Under the pieces are notes generated by a model. The model was not told the DNA's origin, did no database searches, and worked only from the letters and a program-made list of their open reading frames with translations. 64,000 nt of DNA from IMG/VR virus record IMGVR_UViG_3300042402_002792; one strand, written 5' to 3'. Below, one piece after another: positions 31,127-39,449 of the stretch. A program made the translations under genes and the position numbers. How positions within the stretch are numbered: position 1 is the stretch's first letter; every line of letters begins with the position of its first letter. The stretch comes from a virus (taxonomy: Duplodnaviria; Heunggongvirae; Uroviricota; Caudoviricetes).

Positions 31127-32904
31127 GCATTAAACTAAAAGAATTAACTGTAAAAAACTTTATGAGTGTGGGTAATCAAACCCAGGCAGTAAACTTTGGC
31201 AGAGAACAACTAACTTTAGTATTAGGTGAAAATTTAGATCAAGGTGGAGATGACAGCGGAAGCCGCAATGGTACAGGTAAAACAACTATTGTTAATGCTT
31301 TAAGTTATGCTCTTTATGGTCAAGCACTGACTAATATTAAAAAAGATAACTTAATTAATAAGATTAACAATAAAAACATGTTAGTTACACTAAGTTTCGA
31401 AAGAAGCGGTACAAAATACCGTATCGAACGAGGGCGTAAACCAACTGTAATGAAATTTTTTGTTGATGATAAAGAACAATCAATTGACGATCAAGACGAT
31501 AGTCAAGGCGATTCTCGAGAAACACAAAAAGATATTGACCTATTGTTAGGCATGAGCCATACAATGTTTCAAAACATTGTAGCGTTGAATACCTATACTG
31601 TTCCTTTTCTTAGCATGAAAGCTAATGAACAGCGTGAAATTATTGAGCAGTTACTAGGTATTACTCTTTTAAGTGAAAAAGCAGAAACTTTAAAAGAACA
31701 GGTTCGTCGTACCAAAGATCAAATACAACAAGAAACTGCTGACATTGAGGCTGCTAAAAAGTCTAATGAGCGTATACAGCAAAGTATTACTGGTTTAGAA
31801 ACTAAACAGAACGCTTGGCGCAAACAACAGTCAACTGATTTAGAAAAACTAGCTAATAGTATACTAGAATTAAAAGATGTTGATATTGAAAAAGAATTAG
31901 AACAACATGCTAAACTAAAAAATTACGACGAGCTATCTGCTAAAATTAAAAGTCTTAATAAAGAAAAAGCAACACTTGAAACTGCTATTACACAAGCAGA
32001 TAAACAAGTTGACAAATATAAGAAAGCAGTTGAAGAGCTCAAAAATAATATTTGCCCCAGTTGTAAACAAGGGGTGCATACACATACACATGAAGAAATG
32101 ACTGCCGAAGCTGAAAAAAATCTAGCAGATGCATTTGTGTATTTGCAAGGAATTTCAGATAGCTATACTACTGTTGTACAAGAGTTAACCGAAATAGGCG
32201 ATATTAACGGTCGGCCTAAAACATTTTATGAGACAGTAGAGGAAGCTCTCAAGCATCAAAATAATTTAACTACCTTAGAAGCTGCACTTCTTAAACGTAG
32301 TGAAGAAACAGATCCCTATCAAGAACAAATTGACGAATTACAAAACACTGCTATTCAAGAAATTAGCTGGAATAAAATTAATGAGTTAACTGTATTAAAA
32401 GATCACGAAGAATTTTTATTAAAGTTGTTAACTAACAAAGATAGTTTTATTCGTAAAAAGATTATTGATCAAAACTTAGCCTACTTAAACAATAGGCTTA
32501 CATACTATCTTGACAAGATGGGATTACCGCATCAAGTAAGTTTCTTAAATGATTTGAATGTTGAGATTACACAATTAGGTCAAGATTTAGATTTTGATAA
32601 CCTGTCAAGAGGAGAACGTAACAGACTTATATTAGGTTTAAGCTGGGCGTTTAGAGATGTATGGGAAAGTTTATATCAAAACATCAATCTGTTGTTCATT
32701 GACGAATTAGTTGATAACGGATTAGATGCAGCTGGTGTAGAAAATGCGCTTGGAGTATTAAAAAAGATGGCTAGAGAAAGAAATAAAAACATTTATCTTA
32801 TCAGTCACAAAGACGAACTTATTGGTCGTGTTAACAATGTACTTAAAGTTATTAAAGAAAACGGATACACCAGTTACGCAAACGATATTGAAATAGAAGA
32901 ATGA
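31123..32904 (+). CDS. gp46: Recombination ATPase subunit (Rad50/SbcC-like)
   Basis: KNFMSVG, Walker A NGTGKT, coiled coil with CPSC zinc hook, LSRGE signature, LLFIDE Walker B, ISH. Confidence 0.92.
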   Translation: MSIKLKELTVKNFMSVGNQTQAVNFGREQLTLVLGENLDQGGDDSGSRNGTGKTTIVNALSYALYGQALTNIKKDNLINKINNKNMLVTLSFERSGTKYRIERGRKPTVMKFFVDDKEQSIDDQDDSQGDSRETQKDIDLLLGMSHTMFQNIVALNTYTVPFLSMKANEQREIIEQLLGITLLSEKAETLKEQVRRTKDQIQQETADIEAAKKSNERIQQSITGLETKQNAWRKQQSTDLEKLANSILELKDVDIEKELEQHAKLKNYDELSAKIKSLNKEKATLETAITQADKQVDKYKKAVEELKNNICPSCKQGVHTHTHEEMTAEAEKNLADAFVYLQGISDSYTTVVQELTEIGDINGRPKTFYETVEEALKHQNNLTTLEAALLKRSEETDPYQEQIDELQNTAIQEISWNKINELTVLKDHEEFLLKLLTNKDSFIRKKIIDQNLAYLNNRLTYYLDKMGLPHQVSFLNDLNVEITQLGQDLDFDNLSRGERNRLILGLSWAFRDVWESLYQNINLLFIDELVDNGLDAAGVENALGVLKKMARERNKNIYLISHKDELIGRVNNVLKVIKENGYTSYANDIEIEE

Positions 32905-33137
32905 CTACAAGGCATTTACACGAAGCATTGATGAAAGAGTTTCGAGCTTACTTTGAAGAAAATCAAAAGTACGAAACCTATGAGCATCATGCTAGTGGTA
33001 TTAGGCTACGCAAACACTTATACGAAATTAGGCGAATCGCACTAGAAATGCGAGAAGAAATCTTATCTACAAGAAAAATTAAACAAAAAGAGTACGCTCA
33101 AAAGAATAAGGCAACAAAGGCACAAGATAATACATAG
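32901..33137 (+). CDS. Small basic helical protein, possibly Hc1/histone H1-like DNA-binding
   Basis: ASGIRLRKHLYEIRRIALEMREEI resembles the AxxRxRK..L motif of Hc1-like proteins; ATGA overlap with gp46. Confidence 0.4.
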   Translation: MTTRHLHEALMKEFRAYFEENQKYETYEHHASGIRLRKHLYEIRRIALEMREEILSTRKIKQKEYAQKNKATKAQDNT

Positions 33138-33140
33138 TAC

Positions 33141-33584
33141 ATGCTATGGACATATCAAGATCAACAAGTAGAAGAAATACCAGAAGGCTATATTGGCTTT
33201 GTTTATTTGATTACTAATCTCACAACCGGGCAAAAGTACATAGGCAAAAAACTTGCACAATTCAAACGTACTAAACCACCACTCAAAGGCAAAAAATTAA
33301 AACGCAGAAGCACAGTAGAAAGCGATTGGCGCGATTATTGGAGCAGTTCTGATAGGCTCAATGCAGATGTCCAAACACTAGGTCCGGAAAAATTTACAAG
33401 AGAAATACTTTATTACTGCAAATCTAAGGCAGAAATGTCATATCTAGAGGCAAGAGAACAATTTGAACGTAGAGTTCTTGAAACAGATGAATACTATAAT
33501 GGTATTATCAACTGTAGAATTGGTGGTTCAAATGTACTAAGGCAACGCCTACAAGAACAATCACAGGCAAAATCAAACGGTTAA
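33141..33584 (+). CDS. GIY-YIG family nuclease (Seg-like catalytic domain only)
   Basis: GFVYLITNLTTGQKYIGKK, YWSSS, FTREIL, YLEAREQ, YYNG. Confidence 0.8.
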   Translation: MLWTYQDQQVEEIPEGYIGFVYLITNLTTGQKYIGKKLAQFKRTKPPLKGKKLKRRSTVESDWRDYWSSSDRLNADVQTLGPEKFTREILYYCKSKAEMSYLEAREQFERRVLETDEYYNGIINCRIGGSNVLRQRLQEQSQAKSNG

Positions 33585-33587
33585 AGC

Positions 33588-34018
33588 AAGCGTCAGCTAA
33601 TTTCGGACGCCCAAATCCTCGGTGATGTCGCGGGGTAAGGAAATCTCTCGCCGTTGTGAGTTTATAGCAACTATCCTTTACAGGACGATGTTCGGATATG
33701 CCTACATACAACCGGATTTGCTATACAAGAAAATTTTAAAAAGGCTAAAAGAGGGAGAAAAACCCGCGGCTATACTTGTGTTAGCGTACATTTATAGGCC
33801 TGCCGTTGTGATAAAGACTCAGCTCGTGGTACCGGACAACCGCCACTGTAATGCTGTAACGCTAGTGTGACATGTTCAACTCAGATAATGTTTCATTTTT
33901 TGCCCGCAAGGGCAAAGTGTGACTGAACAATCTAGATAATATTTAAACTGCTTCGCAGTAATAAAAGAAAACAATAGTTCGAGCGATAGCGAAGAACAGA
34001 AGAACGTAAGTTCTTCTT
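33588..34018 (+). ncRNA. Putative large structured non-coding RNA (unassigned family)
   Basis: Longest intergenic stretch; many helices including long-range TATAGCAA/TTGCTATA and TTAGCGT/ACGCTAG; GCAA- and GTAA-capped hairpins read as GNRA on the plus strand. Confidence 0.6.
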
Positions 34019-34020
34019 TA
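33998..34020 (+). terminator. Hairpin with short T tract closing the structured element
   Basis: AGAAGAAC-GTAA-GTTCTTCT followed by TT, immediately before the next late promoter. Confidence 0.45.
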
Positions 34021-34034
34021 ATAAATATAAAACT

Positions 34035-35384
34035 ATGAAAGTTTACGAAGTTCTCGAGAAAAAACAAATTAATGAAGCACTTCCTATTATTGGGGGTATT
34101 GGATTAGGTGGAATTTTGACTGCTATCTCTATTGGAATAGCAGCATGGAGTGCCTATGATGTATATAATTTTATTAAGAAATATAACGAGGATCCTGAAA
34201 AAATCACTGATGAGGAATGGGAAGAACTTTTTATAGATGCTATACTGATGTTTACTCCTGGATTTTTAAAATTAGGCAGAGCAGGTGTAGCAAAAATAGT
34301 TCCAAAAGCTGCTAAGACTAAAGGCGGCAAGTGGTTAAGAAGTAAAATTAACAAAAGATATGCAGAAGTAACTGCAAAAAGAGCTGCTAGAGGCAAATAC
34401 AGTATTAAAGGACTTACAGGCAAACAAAGAACTGAAATGTTGGCCAAACGTGCAGCAGCTTCAAAAACAGCGGCAGCGGCAGGTGCAGCAGCATTAAGTG
34501 CAAATGCCGCTGTAGCAGGATTAATCCGAACTCTTGGTCTAGGTGCAGTTATTGGAAATTATCTAATACAGATTGCAGCCATTGAAGAAGATTTTGTAGA
34601 GTTGCGAGATTCGTTGAGTTCCGGAAAAGAAGTTTCAGAAGATAACATTTTTAAAGGCATGTCATTTGAAGAAGCTAAGGAACAAGGTCAAAACTTGCGT
34701 CAAGACCTACTAGGAGAAGCAGCCCTACAAATGGTTGGACTAGGATTAGCAGGTAGAATTATAGGAGCTTTAGGTAAATTTGCAAACCTATTTGGCATTA
34801 TAGGGCAAGTGTTTGGCAGACCGTTGCAGTTTGCAGGATGGCTAGCTACTTTAGGCGGTGGTGCAAAAATGACTGCGGTAAAGACTGCTCTTACAGCATG
34901 GTTTAGCACAGAGTCAGGTCAAGAATGGCTTAAACAATTTGCAATTGGGTTAGCATTGATATCTGCAGGTCAGCTAGCTAAGTCTATACTAGGTCCTATT
35001 ATGAGTTGGTCTGCAGATATTATTGTTACACTGTTAGACGAGGCATTAGCATATATTTCAGAAAAAACAGGTATACCTTTAAGTGTACCAGATGCTGCAA
35101 AGTCGCCATTTTCACCTACATCTCCAGATCAAGCTACTAAAGATGTAGAAGATGAAAGAGCGGCAAATGTTAAATTTGTAGGGGGTGTTCCTGCTACTAC
35201 AGGTGACGGCTATCTACGAAATGATCGAGCATTTTGGCTTACGCCTAATTTAGGTATTATAGCAAGACGAAATGCAAATAATAAACCTAGTCCCTTACCT
35301 CATCCCTTACAAGGTTTACCGTTAAATCCTAAACTAACATATCCTAGCGATCTAATGGCCAAAGTTGGATTTACACCTAGTTAA
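34035..35384 (+). CDS. Hypothetical late protein with hydrophobic segments, possibly an internal head/ejection protein
   Basis: TAAATA at 34022-34027; N-terminus MKVYEVLEKKQINE-A; several Gly/Ala-rich hydrophobic helices and a basic central region. Confidence 0.5.
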   Translation: MKVYEVLEKKQINEALPIIGGIGLGGILTAISIGIAAWSAYDVYNFIKKYNEDPEKITDEEWEELFIDAILMFTPGFLKLGRAGVAKIVPKAAKTKGGKWLRSKINKRYAEVTAKRAARGKYSIKGLTGKQRTEMLAKRAAASKTAAAAGAAALSANAAVAGLIRTLGLGAVIGNYLIQIAAIEEDFVELRDSLSSGKEVSEDNIFKGMSFEEAKEQGQNLRQDLLGEAALQMVGLGLAGRIIGALGKFANLFGIIGQVFGRPLQFAGWLATLGGGAKMTAVKTALTAWFSTESGQEWLKQFAIGLALISAGQLAKSILGPIMSWSADIIVTLLDEALAYISEKTGIPLSVPDAAKSPFSPTSPDQATKDVEDERAANVKFVGGVPATTGDGYLRNDRAFWLTPNLGIIARRNANNKPSPLPHPLQGLPLNPKLTYPSDLMAKVGFTPS

Positions 35385-35614
35385 AGAAAATTCATACCGC
35401 TTTTCTTTGTAGCTTCGATATTTTCTTTGATAATATGATTTAAGATCATTCTGTCTTCGTAAGAGTACAGGTAAAATAGATCTTTGCTATCTACTCCGCC
35501 TCGCATATACCAACTAATTCTAAAAATCTCGTCTTTTAAATTTTTGGCGTCTTGTTCTAGATTTTTTACAGTGTTTTCAATCTCATCTGCGGAGAGGAAC
35601 AAGAGCCTTATGCG
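35381..35614 (-). CDS. -1 frame extension of the tail assembly chaperone (gp51-like/lambda T-like segment)
   Basis: Only a TTG start with no SD; in frame with a -1 slip at T-TTT-TTC (35620-35614); ISWYMRGG...YSYEDR..L..II.EN. Confidence 0.65.
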   Translation of the reverse strand, partial: RIRLLFLSADEIENTVKNLEQDAKNLKDEIFRISWYMRGGVDSKDLFYLYSYEDRMILNHIIKENIEATKKSGMNFL

Positions 35615-36432
35615 AAAAAATTACTTTGATCTACCTGTACTGTAATAGAATTTTCTTTACCACATGAAGAACACATAACGGGTTGTGATGGAATATTCCA
35701 AGTTTCTTTATTTTGTTCTAATTTTTCTTTGATAATTTTGTAATTTTCTCTGTCAGTATTACGCAGATATTCTTCAATAAATGCTTTGTCAGTGACCATA
35801 ACACCGTCAGCTTGAACATTTTCAATACTAGTTAAGAATAATTGTAATTGTAACTCTGAAAGAGTTTTATAAATCTCATCAATTTGTTTTTGTCTTTGAT
35901 CTTCTGGAAGTTCACCGGTTTGATACAATGTTTTTTGTAATTTAAAGTTTTCAATACTAAAATAGGTCATTTCTTCGTATTGTAAAGGTCGTACACTAAT
36001 AGTTAACCCTTCCATGACTTGAATTTGACTAACATACTTTAAAGAACTAAAGTAATCGATTAACTTAGTAAGTTCAATTTCGTATTCATTTTCTGCATCG
36101 CAATGCTTACAGTTTTGCGATATAGTCATTTTTTCACCAAATGTTGCAATTCTAATTGCAACTAATAAAGAATCTATATCGATAGTAGGCATTAACTTAG
36201 CATTTGTTATATAAGGACAGCAACTTTCAATAACTTTAGCAGTGGCTTCTCCGCTGAATAAAGCATCTGGAGTTTTCATTATGATTTCATCCATACCACT
36301 CATGGCAAAAATAGGAACATTACTCCAGTCTCCTTGAAGAGCACCGGGTTCGTAATAAATGCCCTTACTTGGTAATGAGACATAGAGTTTTGGTTGTCTA
36401 AAAAATCTTTGTAACGGGTTATTTCCTGTCAT
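35608..36432 (-). CDS. Baseplate hub assembly protein/tail assembly chaperone, T4 gp26-like
   Basis: NPLQRFFRQPKLYVSLPSKG, DIDSLLVAIRIATFGE, two CxxC pairs (CKHC, CSSC), ends in NFF; adjacent to the tape-measure-like gene. Confidence 0.75.
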   Translation of the reverse strand: MTGNNPLQRFFRQPKLYVSLPSKGIYYEPGALQGDWSNVPIFAMSGMDEIIMKTPDALFSGEATAKVIESCCPYITNAKLMPTIDIDSLLVAIRIATFGEKMTISQNCKHCDAENEYEIELTKLIDYFSSLKYVSQIQVMEGLTISVRPLQYEEMTYFSIENFKLQKTLYQTGELPEDQRQKQIDEIYKTLSELQLQLFLTSIENVQADGVMVTDKAFIEEYLRNTDRENYKIIKEKLEQNKETWNIPSQPVMCSSCGKENSITVQVDQSNFFA

Positions 36433-36443
36433 AATCTATCCGA

Positions 36444-36466
36444 TAAATATAATATAGGTATTTATA
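36444..36466. promoter_or_regulatory. Pair of face-to-face late promoters
   Basis: TAAATA on plus at 36444-36449; exact T4 consensus TATAAATA on minus at 36466-36459. Confidence 0.7.
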
Positions 36467-36491
36467 TACGTAGATTTTACCGGAAAAAATA

Positions 36492-39449
36492 ATGTCATTA
36501 ACTACAGCAGATGCTCAACTTATTGCAAGTGAGATAGCAAAATCTTTAAAAATAGCAGGAGTTACCGGAACAGGCGGTAAAGGCAGTAGCACCGGTACTG
36601 CTCCAGGCTCATCTGGATCTTCTATAAGTGATTTAACTAAATCAGGTCAAGGACTAACAGCCGGTTTTGACACTCTTAAAGATGTTGTAGGTCAAGCAAA
36701 AATACAATATACAAATCTTTCACAAGTTATCCAGGATAATCTTAATACATGGAGAGATTTAAGCAAGGTAGGTGCTAGTTTTAGCAATGATATTGTTGCA
36801 ATGCGTGCCGCCGCCGCTGGCGCACGACTAGACGTTGGAGAATTTGCAGGAGTTATCAAAGAAAATTCTGCTTCAATGACAGGCTTTGGTGGCGATGTTA
36901 GTAAAGGTGCAGCATCTTTTGCTCTTGCTAGCAAAAGAATGTTTGACGAACTTGGTCCAGTTACTGATCAACTTCGTCAAATGGGATACACAAACAAAGA
37001 TCTCAATGATATTTTAGCTCTAACTAATGTATCGTCTAGAGCTCAATTTCAAAACGATGAATCAAGAAGTAAAGCATTAACTGAAAACGCTACTGCTCTA
37101 GCTAGAGAAATGGACTTAATGGCCAAACTCACTGGTAAGACTAGAGAAGAACAAATGGCACAAATGCGTAAAAACAACGCAGACATGGCATTCGAAGCTG
37201 CTCTACGATCTAAAATGATGGAGATTGATGATCCAGCTAAACGAGCAGAGTTTGAAAAGAACGCTAGAGCACAGTTAGCAGAGGCACAGAATCGAGGCCA
37301 AGGCCAGATGTTTAAAGAAGTATTTGCTACTGGACAGATACTGAGTAAAGAAGCTGCACAACAGGCATCTCTAATGGGAGAACAGTCTCGAAATACCATG
37401 CGAGCTGCTCAAGTCAGTGCTAATACTCAAATGGATAGTGCTGAAAGAGAAAAACAAGCAACTGATGCTCAAATAGCAGCTAGAAGTGCATTTAATAACG
37501 ACATGCAAAACAAACAAGTTCTCTTAATGGCTTCAATGGACAACACATCTGGTGCAGTTGGTAAAACATTTAGAGATAGTATGTCAGCTCAAATGGATTA
37601 TCAAAGAGGTCTTGAAGGAATTGCTGCTGCAAATAAATTAGATCTAAGTGATAAAGCACAATTAGCAAAAGCTCAGCAATTATATAGAGAACAAGCAGAA
37701 AGAGGTCAACAAGGTGCTAAAGAAAACGGTGACCAAACTAATGCTGCTACTAGAGCTATGATTAATTTAGGTGCTAGAACTGCAGATGTTGAAAGTGCAT
37801 TCTTTAACAAATTAGTTGTACCACTTAACGAAAAAGTTAATCCAGCATTGACTAAACTTGCTGACGGTGCATTAGGTGCTACTAAAGTTGGTACTCAAGA
37901 AACATTTGTTCAAGGCATTGAAAAACAATTAGAAAAAGGATTTTCAAAAGCAAACGATGCAGCTGGTCCTATAGCAGGATTAGGAAAAGCAGCATCAACT
38001 GCTGCTGATGCTTTATTAAAATTAGCAGGAATTCAACCAGCACCTGGAGGACAACCGGCAGCACAAGCACCGAGAAGAAATACTGGTAGTTTAGGAGCTA
38101 CAGGTAACCTGTTTGAAAATTTTGGAGAAGGTACCCTAGTAGAATTACATGGCCTAGAAAGTGTCATGCGTCCAGATGATTTAAAGAAAGTTGTACAGTC
38201 ATCAATGAGTGGCATGACTGGCATGATGTCTAAAATGTCTACGCCTGACTTAGTATCAGGTGGCGGTTTTAGTGGTGGAATAAACTTTAACGAAATATCT
38301 AAAGATATTAGCACAACTATTAGCGGTGGCGGATCTTCTAGCATAAAATTAGATACTGCTGCACTAGCAGACATGACTAAACCTTTTGAAAAATCTTTTG
38401 CAGACTTTAATACTGGATTTGAAGACATTGTATCTAAATCAAGCAAAGGTATTACGTTTGCTCCATTTGAAGAAAGTTTTGACGAGTTTGGCAGTAACTT
38501 TGATGATGTAGTGTCTAGAATGGCAACCGATCTACAAGAAGCAATACCGTTGGATTCTATAGATCAAACAGCAAATGCACTTGAATATGCAAGTAAGCGC
38601 CGACAGGAACTTGAAGATATCATGAACGATGGTATTGCAAGAAGTGGTACAGAGTGGGACGAAATATTTGATGAGGCTGAACAGTTAGACGGGCAAATAG
38701 AAAAATTAACTAACAAACAACTAGAAGCAATGTCTAGGTATGCCGACGGCTGGAGCGATACTAGTGATATAATGGATCAAGTGTATGCCGACATTGACAA
38801 TGCTATGCCTATAGACACTGAGTTTGGCGACTTAGAAGGTGCAATGAAAGCAGCCCGAGAAAGAATGTACCCAGACACAGAGTTTGGCGACTTAGAAGGT
38901 GCTATGAAGTACGCACAATCACAACCATATGACGAGTTTGGCGACTTAGATGGTGCAATTGCAGCTCAACAAGCAAGTCAGCCGTATGACGAGTTTGGCG
39001 ACTTAGATGGTGCAATTGCACGTCAAAGTGCAATGGGAGATCTTGTATCGTCATCATCGCCTACTGCTGCACAACAGCCTGGTAGAAATATAGATATCAA
39101 CAGCTTCACCCTTAGTCCAAATGGTATGCCAATACCTAAACCAAAAAGTACAGTTTCAGCAGCTCCAACTAGGCCAGCAGCCGCTGCACAACCAGCAATG
39201 ACAGCAGCTGATCAAGAAGATGCCGATATGGGCGCTGCTATGCGAGCTAATGCATCTAGAAGTTCTGCTGCCGGTGCAGTCGCTGGTGGCAAAGACAGCA
39301 AAACTACTCTTGATGATGTTGTTAATTCTCTAACAGCGTTAAATAGTAGAGTAGCACAGTTAATTACAACATCTGAGCAGGGATATGCAGCTATTGCTCG
39401 ATCAGCAAAAGCTGGTAGTAATAATCTATATGAGAGAGCCAAAGCATGA
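36492..39449 (+). CDS. Tape measure-like protein
   Basis: 985 aa, Ala/Gln/Met-rich and helical; LAREMDLMAKLTGKTREE and GTLVELHGLESV motifs; next to a frameshifting chaperone. Confidence 0.65.
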   Translation: MSLTTADAQLIASEIAKSLKIAGVTGTGGKGSSTGTAPGSSGSSISDLTKSGQGLTAGFDTLKDVVGQAKIQYTNLSQVIQDNLNTWRDLSKVGASFSNDIVAMRAAAAGARLDVGEFAGVIKENSASMTGFGGDVSKGAASFALASKRMFDELGPVTDQLRQMGYTNKDLNDILALTNVSSRAQFQNDESRSKALTENATALAREMDLMAKLTGKTREEQMAQMRKNNADMAFEAALRSKMMEIDDPAKRAEFEKNARAQLAEAQNRGQGQMFKEVFATGQILSKEAAQQASLMGEQSRNTMRAAQVSANTQMDSAEREKQATDAQIAARSAFNNDMQNKQVLLMASMDNTSGAVGKTFRDSMSAQMDYQRGLEGIAAANKLDLSDKAQLAKAQQLYREQAERGQQGAKENGDQTNAATRAMINLGARTADVESAFFNKLVVPLNEKVNPALTKLADGALGATKVGTQETFVQGIEKQLEKGFSKANDAAGPIAGLGKAASTAADALLKLAGIQPAPGGQPAAQAPRRNTGSLGATGNLFENFGEGTLVELHGLESVMRPDDLKKVVQSSMSGMTGMMSKMSTPDLVSGGGFSGGINFNEISKDISTTISGGGSSSIKLDTAALADMTKPFEKSFADFNTGFEDIVSKSSKGITFAPFEESFDEFGSNFDDVVSRMATDLQEAIPLDSIDQTANALEYASKRRQELEDIMNDGIARSGTEWDEIFDEAEQLDGQIEKLTNKQLEAMSRYADGWSDTSDIMDQVYADIDNAMPIDTEFGDLEGAMKAARERMYPDTEFGDLEGAMKYAQSQPYDEFGDLDGAIAAQQASQPYDEFGDLDGAIARQSAMGDLVSSSSPTAAQQPGRNIDINSFTLSPNGMPIPKPKSTVSAAPTRPAAAAQPAMTAADQEDADMGAAMRANASRSSAAGAVAGGKDSKTTLDDVVNSLTALNSRVAQLITTSEQGYAAIARSAKAGSNNLYERAKA
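38820..39013 (+). repeat. Four in-frame direct repeats, core GAGTTTGGCGACTTAGA (EFGDL(E/D)GA)
   Basis: Copies start at 38820, 38880, 38934 and 38991 (periods 60, 54, 57). Confidence 0.9.

Noticed and set aside
33588-34018. Group I/II intron, RNase P RNA or tmRNA identity for the structured element
   Set aside because: Flanking genes are intact. I could not find group I P7 elements, a group II domain V, the RNase P GAGGAAAGUCC/AACCCGGCUUA pair or tRNA-like ends. A covariance search is still needed.
33508-34067. Short ORFs 33508..33711, 33622..33870 and 33876..34067
   Set aside because: No SD or recognisable motifs, mutually overlapping and atypical in composition; the region is better explained as structured non-coding sequence.
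38820-39013. CRISPR array
   Set aside because: All periods are multiples of 3 within an open frame, the repeat is not palindromic, two spacers resemble each other (QPYD), and no cas genes are present.
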